Positions 42,363 to 50,820 of a DNA stretch of 64,000 nt are shown piece by piece. The notes beneath the pieces are model-generated. The model ran no database searches. It was not told where the DNA came from and saw only the letters and a program-made list of their open reading frames with translations. The stretch spans positions 5,440,001-5,504,000 of the forward strand of contig OZ220741.1 in the NCBI GenBank assembly GCA_965116885.1, read 5' to 3'. How positions within the stretch are numbered: position 1 is the stretch's first letter; each line of letters starts with the position of its first letter. The position numbers were made by a program, and so were the translations under genes. This DNA comes from Candidatus Latescibacterota bacterium. Its GTDB lineage: Bacteria; Latescibacterota; UBA2968.

Positions 42363-44426
42363 TCAATTCGCGTGGGTAATAGAGTCTGTAACCGTATTGG
42401 ATTTTATGATTAGAAAGCTAAAGTTAGCTTCTCCACGCTCCAAATTCTTCACCAACTCTACATCGACAGCAGTTCCCGGTTTATCCATAGCCTGAAGCAA
42501 GTCATTACTCGCCTGTTGTCTTGGATCATCTTGGGGCAAGAGAGCCAAAATTTGATGCAGAGATTCTTTTGTTACTTCAGGCTGTTTATACAAGATGCCT
42601 AAACCTGTGTGTTTTTTAAGGGCTTGAAATTTTTCCTCTAATGTGGATGATAGTTCTATAAGCTCTTGATTTGCTTCAATGGCTTTTCCATAGTTTTCTA
42701 AAAAAATATAGCTCACCAAGAGCCCGGTATTGATTTGCTTTTGATCGCGACAGTAAGTTGTTCGGTTACAGTGTTCTTTTTGCTTTTCCAACTCAATCAT
42801 TGCATTGGCATAATCTCGAAGTTTAAGATAGTGCGAGGCCAATTCTTTACGCAGTGCATGAGCATTTGGATAAAGTTCCAATCCCTTTTTGAATATAGAA
42901 GCTGCTTTTGCGTTTTCATTGCGGATGCGATAAAATATCCCTGCTTGTAACAAGGTGGCACCATTTGTGGGGCCCATTGCGAGGGCTGTTGAAAGATATT
43001 GATCTGCTTGTGCATTTTTTACCGGATCATTTTCATTTGCATAAAGTTTGGCGAGCAAGGCATAAGTGCCTGGCAAGGGCGGCTGATTCGATACTGCTGC
43101 CTCAAGTTCCCTGAAAGCATCTTCTTTATTTCCCTCGTCGTATAGAAATCCACCTCTGTCAGTTTGTAGACAATTTTGTGCATAAATATTTGTTTCGAAG
43201 TTATGAGGCAAATCAACACCTATAGGAAAGATGAATAGCGAAGATTGGTCATAAAAATTCCAGGCATGTTGAAAATCGACAGTGGGAATTTCTCGGTTAT
43301 AAATCCAGTGAAGTACATCATAAGAAATGATAATGTCTTTAATTTCGTCATACCCCACAACCAATGTGAAATGCCCATAACCGTATTCGGGTTCAAGAAT
43401 GAGTACAAGAACTGGGTAGCCTCGATTGACCCAATATTTAATTTTAGGAAGGTCTGCTACGCCCAAATAGGCTTGAAATCCTCTTTCAACAGCAAAATTC
43501 CACAGGGCATAAGGAGTAGTGCCAGCATCATCTCCTATTTTCTTTGCGATCGATTTCTGGGAGACCGAATCGTTGAGAAAATTTAATACCATTTTGAGGG
43601 TTGCAGAACCGCACGCACCCAGTGTCTGCACGATGTAGCCCCGAGGGGGAAAGGGAACACCATCGATGATTTTTCTTTTTGCATCATCAGGCACATTATT
43701 TAGCGATTTTATGTAGTGTTGCGCTTGTTGATAAGTGGCTTGATTATGTTCCAACTCAATCATAGAATAATTCTCAATGGCTTTGCCATGTTTTCCCATT
43801 GCATAATACACATCACCGATCTTGAGCCTTGCTTTAGCCAACAGTTCAGGCGTTTTTTCCGTTTTGATAATCCGATTAAACGCATCTATCGCCTGCTCAT
43901 ATCGCTGCAATCTCATAAGACATATCGCAAGTACCCGTAGAATGAAGGTATCTTCTCCTTTCAGACGCAGTGTTTCTTTTAAATATTGAATTGCCTTCTC
44001 ATATCGGCCTTGTCCTGCCAAAAGTAAGCCAAGATGTCCATTTACTTCCACATCCTCCGGTGAGAGCGCGAGCAGACTTTCGTAACAGCTAATCGCATCT
44101 TCATATCGCTCCAATCTTTTATACGCATAGATCAGTTGATGGTATGTAGTCTGATTATTAGGATTAGTTCTTAATATAGCCTTTCCATATGCAACGGACT
44201 GATCATAGTCTTCCATCCCAATAAAGGCGGCTTGCAGAAGCCCCAATACATCAATATCTTCTGGATTATTTTTTAAAACTTCTTGGAATAATTCAATAGC
44301 CTGTGGATAATTTTCTTGCTCATATAATTCGAAGCCTCTTTCTATTTTGCTATCCAGCTTATTTGAACAAGCAGAAAGCAGAATCAAACCTGCGATAATG
44401 CATAGAATAGATACTCGTTTCCACAT
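42363..44426 (-). CDS. Lipoprotein with N- and C-terminal TPR arrays flanking a C39-like cysteine peptidase domain
   Basis: MWKRVSILCIIAGLILLSAC lipobox; TPR helices; QTLGACGSATLKMVL, GYPVLV and GHFTLVVGYD...YD. Confidence 0.85.
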   Translation of the reverse strand: MWKRVSILCIIAGLILLSACSNKLDSKIERGFELYEQENYPQAIELFQEVLKNNPEDIDVLGLLQAAFIGMEDYDQSVAYGKAILRTNPNNQTTYHQLIYAYKRLERYEDAISCYESLLALSPEDVEVNGHLGLLLAGQGRYEKAIQYLKETLRLKGEDTFILRVLAICLMRLQRYEQAIDAFNRIIKTEKTPELLAKARLKIGDVYYAMGKHGKAIENYSMIELEHNQATYQQAQHYIKSLNNVPDDAKRKIIDGVPFPPRGYIVQTLGACGSATLKMVLNFLNDSVSQKSIAKKIGDDAGTTPYALWNFAVERGFQAYLGVADLPKIKYWVNRGYPVLVLILEPEYGYGHFTLVVGYDEIKDIIISYDVLHWIYNREIPTVDFQHAWNFYDQSSLFIFPIGVDLPHNFETNIYAQNCLQTDRGGFLYDEGNKEDAFRELEAAVSNQPPLPGTYALLAKLYANENDPVKNAQADQYLSTALAMGPTNGATLLQAGIFYRIRNENAKAASIFKKGLELYPNAHALRKELASHYLKLRDYANAMIELEKQKEHCNRTTYCRDQKQINTGLLVSYIFLENYGKAIEANQELIELSSTLEEKFQALKKHTGLGILYKQPEVTKESLHQILALLPQDDPRQQASNDLLQAMDKPGTAVDVELVKNLERGEANFSFLIIKSNTVTDSITHAN

Positions 44427-44464
44427 GCGTAAAACCATCACTTGTAACTCCAAATGTATATCTG

Positions 44465-44522
44465 AAAAATCGGGGCCTATATTTGAGGTAGGGTAGGTAA
44501 TCAAATTAATATAGACCCCGAT
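44465..44522 (-). terminator. Stem-loop with short U-run downstream of the precursor-like gene
   Basis: Minus strand ATCGGGGTCTATATT...AATATAGGCCCCGAT-TTTT. Confidence 0.6.
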
Positions 44523-44586
44523 AATGAATTTTAAGCCACAAGAAAAAGCGAAAAGACAGCATTAATGGAATGAGGTCAAGGCCGAT

Positions 44587-44910
44587 TTAAGTGTCATCAA
44601 TCTGATCCATTACCCAATCCCAGATTCGACCAACTATACCTTTTGTACCGAATGGTGCTTCTTTCTTCACATCCTCCTTGGTCGCGGTAATTTCAATCTT
44701 TTTTGGCTCTGACCAAGTTGTATCTCCCGGTGCCTCAACTCTACCTTGCTTGACCGTTCCCGTAACCTTAATGGTATCACCAGGAGTTTTAACGAAGGTA
44801 GTAGGCTCAGTCGTCTGATAAACTATGGTTTTTTCATCATCCCCATAAGCTTCAACACATCCCAATTCCAGATGATAAGATCTCTGCACGCGTTTCACAA
44901 GCGTTTTCAT
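44587..44910 (-). CDS. Putative exported precursor protein (22-aa leader ending VEAY plus 85-aa Thr-rich core)
   Basis: Strong SD AAGGAGG; MKTLVKRVQRSYHLELGCVEAY|GDDEK...; lies next to HlyD/ABC/S8 genes. Confidence 0.75.
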   Translation of the reverse strand: MKTLVKRVQRSYHLELGCVEAYGDDEKTIVYQTTEPTTFVKTPGDTIKVTGTVKQGRVEAPGDTTWSEPKKIEITATKEDVKKEAPFGTKGIVGRIWDWVMDQIDDT

Positions 44911-45078
44911 ACATCCCTCCTTGAAAGAGTGAAAACACGCTCTTTCCGTTTACATCGGTTTAGAAAGAGAGTATTCAAAAATTGACGGTCTTTCCTCTTC
45001 TCCTTGTGGTTATTTCAATTCCCAAAGGCGATGCGGAAGGCAACAGAAAAGTACTCCCAGAATTTCCTCCTTTCTTTT

Positions 45079-46287
45079 TTAATTCGCCTTTTTGGGATCG
45101 AAAATATAGAAATCATGTTCGGGAATTTTTCCCGCTGTGCGAAGAAACCTGTTCCATATCAGATCGAGAATTCTTCCCTTTTCCACGGCTATCTTCGCTT
45201 CAACGCTCATGCCGTAAGCAAGTGAATAGGTATTGCTATTTACAGAAATTTCGGGGTTCTGAATCGTTATTTTTATAGGATAAACTTTTGTCTCTTGATA
45301 GGGATTATCCGATACAGACTGTGCAGCAATTTCTGCGACTGTACCCTCAAAAATTTTGTATTCCATGTGAGGAAAGGCATTCACGAAAAGATTCACGGGT
45401 TGTCCGACTTGCACTTTGTGAATCTCTGTTTCTTTGATCATCACTTTTGCCTGCCAATCACCCAGGCGTGCAAGTTCCATTACAGCCTCTCCCATCTGGA
45501 GGTGGTCGCCAACGCGTCGTTCTAAATCGCCAGTTAAAACCGTGCCAGATACAGGCGCATAAACCACGGTGTTTTCTATTCGACGCAGCAAGACACGTTG
45601 GTCTTCTCTCAGTTTTTGGTTCATTTTTTTTAGCGTCTCAATTTCTCGGTGCCTGCGGTCAACCGTTTTCAATCTTTCCTGGTCTGTTTGTAATTTGACC
45701 TGCGCCTGTTTTAAAATGGATCTTTTTAGTCTTATGGGTAGCAACTGATCAATTCCTGATTTACTATTCACGAGATTGTATTTTTCAACGAGTTGATACT
45801 CCCGTTCTACTTGATCCAGTTGCAAACGCAAGGTCTCTATCTCGGACTGTGTTTGACGAATCTCACTTTGTAGAATTTTTTTTTCTGATCTCATCTGTTC
45901 TTCTATCTCTGCCATCCTGCTTCTGTTAATTTCTTGCTCTTTGCCGACTTTCTCCAATTCGGCTTCCCACTCCCTGCTTTCCAACTTAAAAAGAAGGCCT
46001 CCTTTTGCCACCTTGTCCCATCTATCGACATAGACTTCATGTATTATTCCCGAAAGCTTTGTCTTCACTTCAAAGCGACCTGAAGGTTCAACAACACCTG
46101 TCCCTTCCACATTTACATTCATTCCAATATTCCACACCAAAAAGAGGATACCTGCAATCAAAGTGATAACGGATAGCAAGATGAACAGGAGAAATCGTTT
46201 GACAAATCCAAAGCCTATTCCCTTAAAATCGTCTATAATGTCTATTGGGACTTTTGTCTGGTCGTTTTGAATAGCGGGGGACTTCAT
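45079..46287 (-). CDS. HlyD-family membrane fusion protein
   Basis: N-terminal TM, coiled coil, VYAPVSG, GQPV..VNAFPHMEY and GMSVEAKI. Confidence 0.92.
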   Translation of the reverse strand: MKSPAIQNDQTKVPIDIIDDFKGIGFGFVKRFLLFILLSVITLIAGILFLVWNIGMNVNVEGTGVVEPSGRFEVKTKLSGIIHEVYVDRWDKVAKGGLLFKLESREWEAELEKVGKEQEINRSRMAEIEEQMRSEKKILQSEIRQTQSEIETLRLQLDQVEREYQLVEKYNLVNSKSGIDQLLPIRLKRSILKQAQVKLQTDQERLKTVDRRHREIETLKKMNQKLREDQRVLLRRIENTVVYAPVSGTVLTGDLERRVGDHLQMGEAVMELARLGDWQAKVMIKETEIHKVQVGQPVNLFVNAFPHMEYKIFEGTVAEIAAQSVSDNPYQETKVYPIKITIQNPEISVNSNTYSLAYGMSVEAKIAVEKGRILDLIWNRFLRTAGKIPEHDFYIFDPKKAN

Positions 46288-46330
46288 TCTCTTGTCAGTG
46301 GCAAATTTTACACCGCTCCAAACGTTGCCT

Positions 46331-47608
46331 CTATAGGCTCGACAACAATTGCTCTGTACGCTCGGCTCCGTTTAGCAAAATGTTGTGTTTCATCCGGGGG
46401 CTTTCCAAACGCTCTAAAATTGCGTTTGCCATTCGCTCTAATGTCAGTTCTTCAGAGCGTATCATATCCGCTATACCTAATTCGGAAAGTTTCTCTGCTC
46501 GAGGTGCTTGATCAAGGTCTGTCTTTGCTGGAATCGGTACCAAAATAGCTTTTACACCTGTCTCAAGGACATTCATACACGTATTATAGCCCGCCTGACT
46601 GATAGACAATTCTGCGCCCTGCATCCACTGAAGAAAGTCGTTCGTGAACTTCGACAGATAGAAGAAATCTTCTGTACACATTTCTTCTATCGCATCATAC
46701 TCAGCGTCCTTCATAAAAACCCCAGCAAAGATCACCATCTTCATGTTTTGAACATAACCATTCTCGCAAAGTATCTTCCAGGCAGTTACCGCTGTTGTAA
46801 TCATGTCCCAACCGAGGATACCGCCACCAACACTGACCAAAACATAAGGTCCCTGTTTCTCTATCGTTTTTTGGGTATCGGAATCAAGGCTTTTCAATTT
46901 TTCAGAAACATATCCTGTATATTCAATTGGAATCTCGATATTCTCTATCCAGGGAAAAAATGATTCCAATTGAAAAAGTCTCGGATCACCGTGAATGAGG
47001 ACGTAATCAAAATATCGATTCAACACAGGAACAACGCGTTCGTAATACAATCGTGACAACCTTTTGTTTTTTTGGTCCTTACGCAAAAAAGAAACTGCAT
47101 ACCAAATCATCCTGGGTATGAAAAACAAAGTTTCCGGATGTGGCGGTTTCTTTGTAGAAAGCTCTTTTTCAGGAGTCTTTCTTATTATTTCACGTACGGA
47201 ACAGATCACCTTCACTTTTGGATTTACACTCTTTGCCTTTTGAATCGCAGGGATCAACTCTTTGTACAGTATAGATCTGGCAAATGGAAAAAGTTCAATC
47301 ACGAAAATATCTGGCTGTATCTGTGCAATTTTTTCGAGCAAAATTTGCCTGCGCTTCTCCTGAGCCTTCCGCAGACTGAATTTTGGGTCTTCACACACTA
47401 TGCGCTGAGACTCTAAATCCTTAAAGAGAGCTGGCAAACGAATGGTCGTAACTGACGGTATATCAATACGATGAATTTCGCGTCCCCCATCTACAAAATA
47501 GACTTTATAGCTTTTTGCCAATGCGCGAACGATCTGAAAATTTCTAAAATGATGACCAACACCTAACAAGTGTTGACTGAAGAAAACAATGCGTTTTTTG
47601 GATAACAT
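46331..47608 (-). CDS. GT-B fold glycosyltransferase (COG4671-like, GT28 C-terminal-like)
   Basis: SQHLLGVGH, ELFPF, HGDP, YTGYV, VSVGGG, SQAGYNT and DQAPRA. Confidence 0.88.
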   Translation of the reverse strand: MLSKKRIVFFSQHLLGVGHHFRNFQIVRALAKSYKVYFVDGGREIHRIDIPSVTTIRLPALFKDLESQRIVCEDPKFSLRKAQEKRRQILLEKIAQIQPDIFVIELFPFARSILYKELIPAIQKAKSVNPKVKVICSVREIIRKTPEKELSTKKPPHPETLFFIPRMIWYAVSFLRKDQKNKRLSRLYYERVVPVLNRYFDYVLIHGDPRLFQLESFFPWIENIEIPIEYTGYVSEKLKSLDSDTQKTIEKQGPYVLVSVGGGILGWDMITTAVTAWKILCENGYVQNMKMVIFAGVFMKDAEYDAIEEMCTEDFFYLSKFTNDFLQWMQGAELSISQAGYNTCMNVLETGVKAILVPIPAKTDLDQAPRAEKLSELGIADMIRSEELTLERMANAILERLESPRMKHNILLNGAERTEQLLSSL

Positions 47609-47641
47609 TTATCAGAATCCTCTGAGACCCATGATTTTGAT

Positions 47642-48085
47642 CTAAGAGCCACGTTCAGCCTCTAAATCTACACGGGATGAATTTTTTTGAATAAGGCTTT
47701 CGCATCTCACTTTTGCGCGGTAAGCAGTAAGAGACATGTCATTTACCTTCATAAACACCTCACAAAAATACTTTGAGGAATGAAATCCACACATGCCTGC
47801 AACCTCATAGGTCAACAGGGATTGTTCGCTTATTAAGTGCTTTGCATGGGCAATTCTGATCTCTCTCAATTTTTCTCGGAAAGGCTTGCCAACATGCTTT
47901 TTGAACAAGGCACTCAGATGCGTTCTGGAAAGTTTGAAATGATCTACGAGATCACTAAATTTGAGGTCCGGGTTGCTGTAATGCGCCTCCAAAAAGGCTT
48001 CAAACGCAATTTTCCAACTCGAATCTGATGGGATATAGGTTTTGACCTTCGCCAAAAACTTGCTCCTTTCAACTACACTATTCAA
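47642..48085 (-). CDS. Stand-alone AraC-family HTH regulator
   Basis: HYSNPDL, LSRTHLSALFKKHVG, RIAHAK.L and EVAGMCGF..SKYF. Confidence 0.88.
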   Translation of the reverse strand: MNSVVERSKFLAKVKTYIPSDSSWKIAFEAFLEAHYSNPDLKFSDLVDHFKLSRTHLSALFKKHVGKPFREKLREIRIAHAKHLISEQSLLTYEVAGMCGFHSSKYFCEVFMKVNDMSLTAYRAKVRCESLIQKNSSRVDLEAERGS

Positions 48086-48114
48086 ATAGATTTTTCACTG
48101 TTTAAACAGATATG

Positions 48115-48131
48115 TGCAATATGTGTGCCAA
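48115..48131 (-). promoter_or_regulatory. sigma54 (-24/-12) promoter of the island
   Basis: Minus strand TTGGCAC-ACATA-TTGCA matches TGGCAC-N5-TTGCW exactly. Confidence 0.85.
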
Positions 48132-48228
48132 TATGAACTTCTCAAGTAATAATGCTCATAAAGTATTGTTTTTATTTCGTATAAAAATTATTACCGAGCA
48201 AAAGACAGGTAGAATACCGAATTAAAAG

Positions 48229-48276
48229 GTGAAAACATCGTTCACTTTTCTCTTTTCGAGTGAACATTATGTACAC
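48229..48276. promoter_or_regulatory. Two 17-bp palindromic enhancer-like (UAS) sites
   Basis: GTGAAAACATCGTTCAC and GTGAACATTATGTACAC, 31 bp apart, 100-145 bp upstream of the sigma54 site. Confidence 0.6.
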
Positions 48277-48287
48277 TTTAATTCGCG

Positions 48288-48316
48288 TTGACAATCGCGT
48301 TCCGGATTGTTATTTT
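48288..48316 (+). promoter_or_regulatory. sigma70 promoter
   Basis: TTGACA-N17-TATTTT with TG extension. Confidence 0.55.
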
Positions 48317-48355
48317 TTACATCCTTCTCAAGTTCTCAGCTTGAGATATTTACCT

Positions 48356-48397
48356 GCCGCTGACAGTTGACTTGCCCGGTCTTGTCGGCGGCTTTTT
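48356..48397 (+). terminator. Intrinsic terminator-like hairpin
   Basis: GCCGCTGACAG...CTTGTCGGCGGC-TTTTT. Confidence 0.65.
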
Positions 48398-48531
48398 CAT
48401 ACAACAATAATGATAATACCAACCTTTCAGTCGCTGCAACAAAAAAAGATTCCACTTATGTCTTATCTGACCTCTTTATGTCTTATTTTTGGTATTTTTT
48501 TTCGAAATGTTGTTTTTTTTATTATTCCTGA

Positions 48532-49515
48532 ATGGAAGGCCAAATGAATCAACTCGTTAATCAAAACGGTCAAATTATTCCACTCTCTTCACTAACAGAA
48601 TGGAAAGAAAAGCGCGCGAAAATACTCGAATCAGCGCAGGAAATCATGGGTCCTTTACCGGGAGGTGAAAAGCGATGCTCAATCGCCGTAAATCTGGTAG
48701 AAGAAGTAGATTGCGGGACGTATATCAGGCGGATGATCACCTACGCCGCAGAACCCGGCGACCGCGCACAGGCGTATTTGCTAATCCCAAAACAGGCGTT
48801 GGATGGTCATGAATGTCCAGTCGTCTTATGTCCACACCCAACGCATGCGACATTGGGATACAAAACCGTCGTGGGACTGGGCGACCGCCCCAATCGGGCT
48901 TATGCCAGCGAATTGGCCGAACGCGGCTTTGTCACCATCGCACCGTCCTATCCCATGCTCGCGGAATATTGGCCCGATGTATTCGGTCTGGGCTATGAAA
49001 GTGGAACTATGAAGGCGATATGGGACAATATCCGAGCCATCGATCTTCTGGAAACACTGCCGTATGTAAAGCGGGGACCTGTCGGGACAATCGGGCACTC
49101 TCTGGGCGGGCACAACTCGGTCTATACCGCTGTTTTTGAACCGCGCATCGGCGTTGTGGTATCGAGTTGCGGGTTAGACTCCTACATAGACTACAAAGAC
49201 GGTAATCTCGCTGGATGGACGCAGGATCGGTACATGCCCAAATTGAAAAATTACGTCCATCGCCTGTGGGATATCCCCTTTGATTTTCACGACTTAATCG
49301 CGGCTCTGGCACCCCGGCCCTGTTTTATTGCCGCGCCTCTGCGCGACAGCAATTTCAAATGGCAAAGTGTAGATGCCGTTGTCAACGCAGCCGCTCGCGT
49401 GTACGCCCTTTACGATGCAACAGAAAATCTAATCGTCGAACACCCCGATTGCGAACACGATTTTCCCAACGCCATGCGCGAACAGGCGTATCAATTATTC
49501 GAAAAACACCTTTGA
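48532..49515 (+). CDS. Alpha/beta hydrolase (dienelactone hydrolase / acetylxylan esterase-like)
   Basis: GHSLGG nucleophile elbow, LAPRP and EHDFP. Confidence 0.88.
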   Translation: MEGQMNQLVNQNGQIIPLSSLTEWKEKRAKILESAQEIMGPLPGGEKRCSIAVNLVEEVDCGTYIRRMITYAAEPGDRAQAYLLIPKQALDGHECPVVLCPHPTHATLGYKTVVGLGDRPNRAYASELAERGFVTIAPSYPMLAEYWPDVFGLGYESGTMKAIWDNIRAIDLLETLPYVKRGPVGTIGHSLGGHNSVYTAVFEPRIGVVVSSCGLDSYIDYKDGNLAGWTQDRYMPKLKNYVHRLWDIPFDFHDLIAALAPRPCFIAAPLRDSNFKWQSVDAVVNAAARVYALYDATENLIVEHPDCEHDFPNAMREQAYQLFEKHL

Positions 49516-49530
49516 TGATTCGAGATCCCC

Positions 49531-50820
49531 ATGCAAAGCAAAGTCGCTGTCCTCCGCACATCGCCGCATACGGTCTTTGAAGACTACCATCGCCTGCTCA
49601 ATCTGGCGGATTACCAGAATATAATTGCCAAAGAGGTAGAAACCGCACTCAAGATCAACATTTCCTGGCACTTTTTTTTCCCCGGATGTTCCACAACGCC
49701 ATGGCAACTCGACGGTGTTATCCGCGCCATGAAACGAGATGGCTACGATCCCGACCTCATTCATGGCTGCCACAACCGAACCGTAGTCATCGACGCGCGC
49801 TTGGGCGAAAAAGAAAACAAACACCTCCCCGTCATCGAAGCACACGGCTTGAAAAATATACATCTCTACGAAGGCGAAGAATGGATCAACGTACGCGATG
49901 CCGTAGGCGACCTCACCGAAAAATTTCTCTGCCTGAACGAAGTCTATCCCAAAGGCTTTCACATTCCCAAACGCTTTATCGATGAAAACATCATTCATTT
50001 CCCCACAGTAAAAACCCACGTCTTTACCACCACCACAGGCGCCATGAAAAATGCCTTTGGCGGCCTGCTCAACGAGCGTCGTCACTGGACCCACCCGGTC
50101 ATTCACGAAACCCTCGTCGATCTGCTCATGATACAAAAGAAAATCCACCGCGGTGTCTTCGCAGTCATGGACGGCACCTTTGCAGGCGATGGACCCGGTC
50201 CGCGCTGTATGATCCCCCACACAAAAAACGTCATCCTCGCCAGTGCCGACCAGGTCGCCATTGACGCAGTCGCCGCCAAAATGATGGGCTTTGATCCACT
50301 TTCAATCAAATACATCCGCATAGCACACGACCTGGGCCTCGGATGCGGAGATCCCTCCCAAATCGAAATTGCGGGTGATCTATCCGCTGCAGAAGAAAAT
50401 TGGGACTTTGTCGGCCCGTACAAAAAAATGACCTTTGCCTCTAAAATGCAGCACAAGATCTACTGGGGAGGCCTCAAAAAACCCATCGAATGGTCGCTCA
50501 AAACCATTCTCGCACCCTGGGCTTATATGGCTTCGGTACTCTACCACGACAGTTTCTGGTATCCTTTTCATGCCAAAAATAAAATGCAAGATGTACTAAA
50601 CAGCGACTGGGGCCGCCTCTTCCGCAACTGGGAACACCTCACCCCCAACGCGCAAGGCTTCCCCGATGTGGGCGACGCCTCTGCCAAACTACAAAAAACG
50701 AATCTGCAAGCCTTATGGGATTCGCTCGGCATCTTGCGCGATTGCATTGTCGAAGCCCCCGAATTCATCCAGTCGCGCAAAAGAGAAAACACCCTGCATG
50801 CCCATGACCGAAAACATTAA
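49531..50820 (+). CDS. DUF362 domain protein
   Basis: LKINISW, PTVKTH..TTTTGAMKN and DQVAIDAVAAKMMGFDP. Confidence 0.85.
   Translation: MQSKVAVLRTSPHTVFEDYHRLLNLADYQNIIAKEVETALKINISWHFFFPGCSTTPWQLDGVIRAMKRDGYDPDLIHGCHNRTVVIDARLGEKENKHLPVIEAHGLKNIHLYEGEEWINVRDAVGDLTEKFLCLNEVYPKGFHIPKRFIDENIIHFPTVKTHVFTTTTGAMKNAFGGLLNERRHWTHPVIHETLVDLLMIQKKIHRGVFAVMDGTFAGDGPGPRCMIPHTKNVILASADQVAIDAVAAKMMGFDPLSIKYIRIAHDLGLGCGDPSQIEIAGDLSAAEENWDFVGPYKKMTFASKMQHKIYWGGLKKPIEWSLKTILAPWAYMASVLYHDSFWYPFHAKNKMQDVLNSDWGRLFRNWEHLTPNAQGFPDVGDASAKLQKTNLQALWDSLGILRDCIVEAPEFIQSRKRENTLHAHDRKH

Noticed and set aside
45010..45072. Strong SD (AAAGGAGG) after hlyD followed by a 16-codon CTG-initiated frame (LGVLFCCLPHRLWELK) as a second precursor
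   Set aside because: No canonical start and no leader similarity; cannot be supported.
38304..48530. Island as an integrative mobile element
   Set aside because: No integrase, tRNA or flanking direct repeats seen; only the compositional shift supports horizontal origin.
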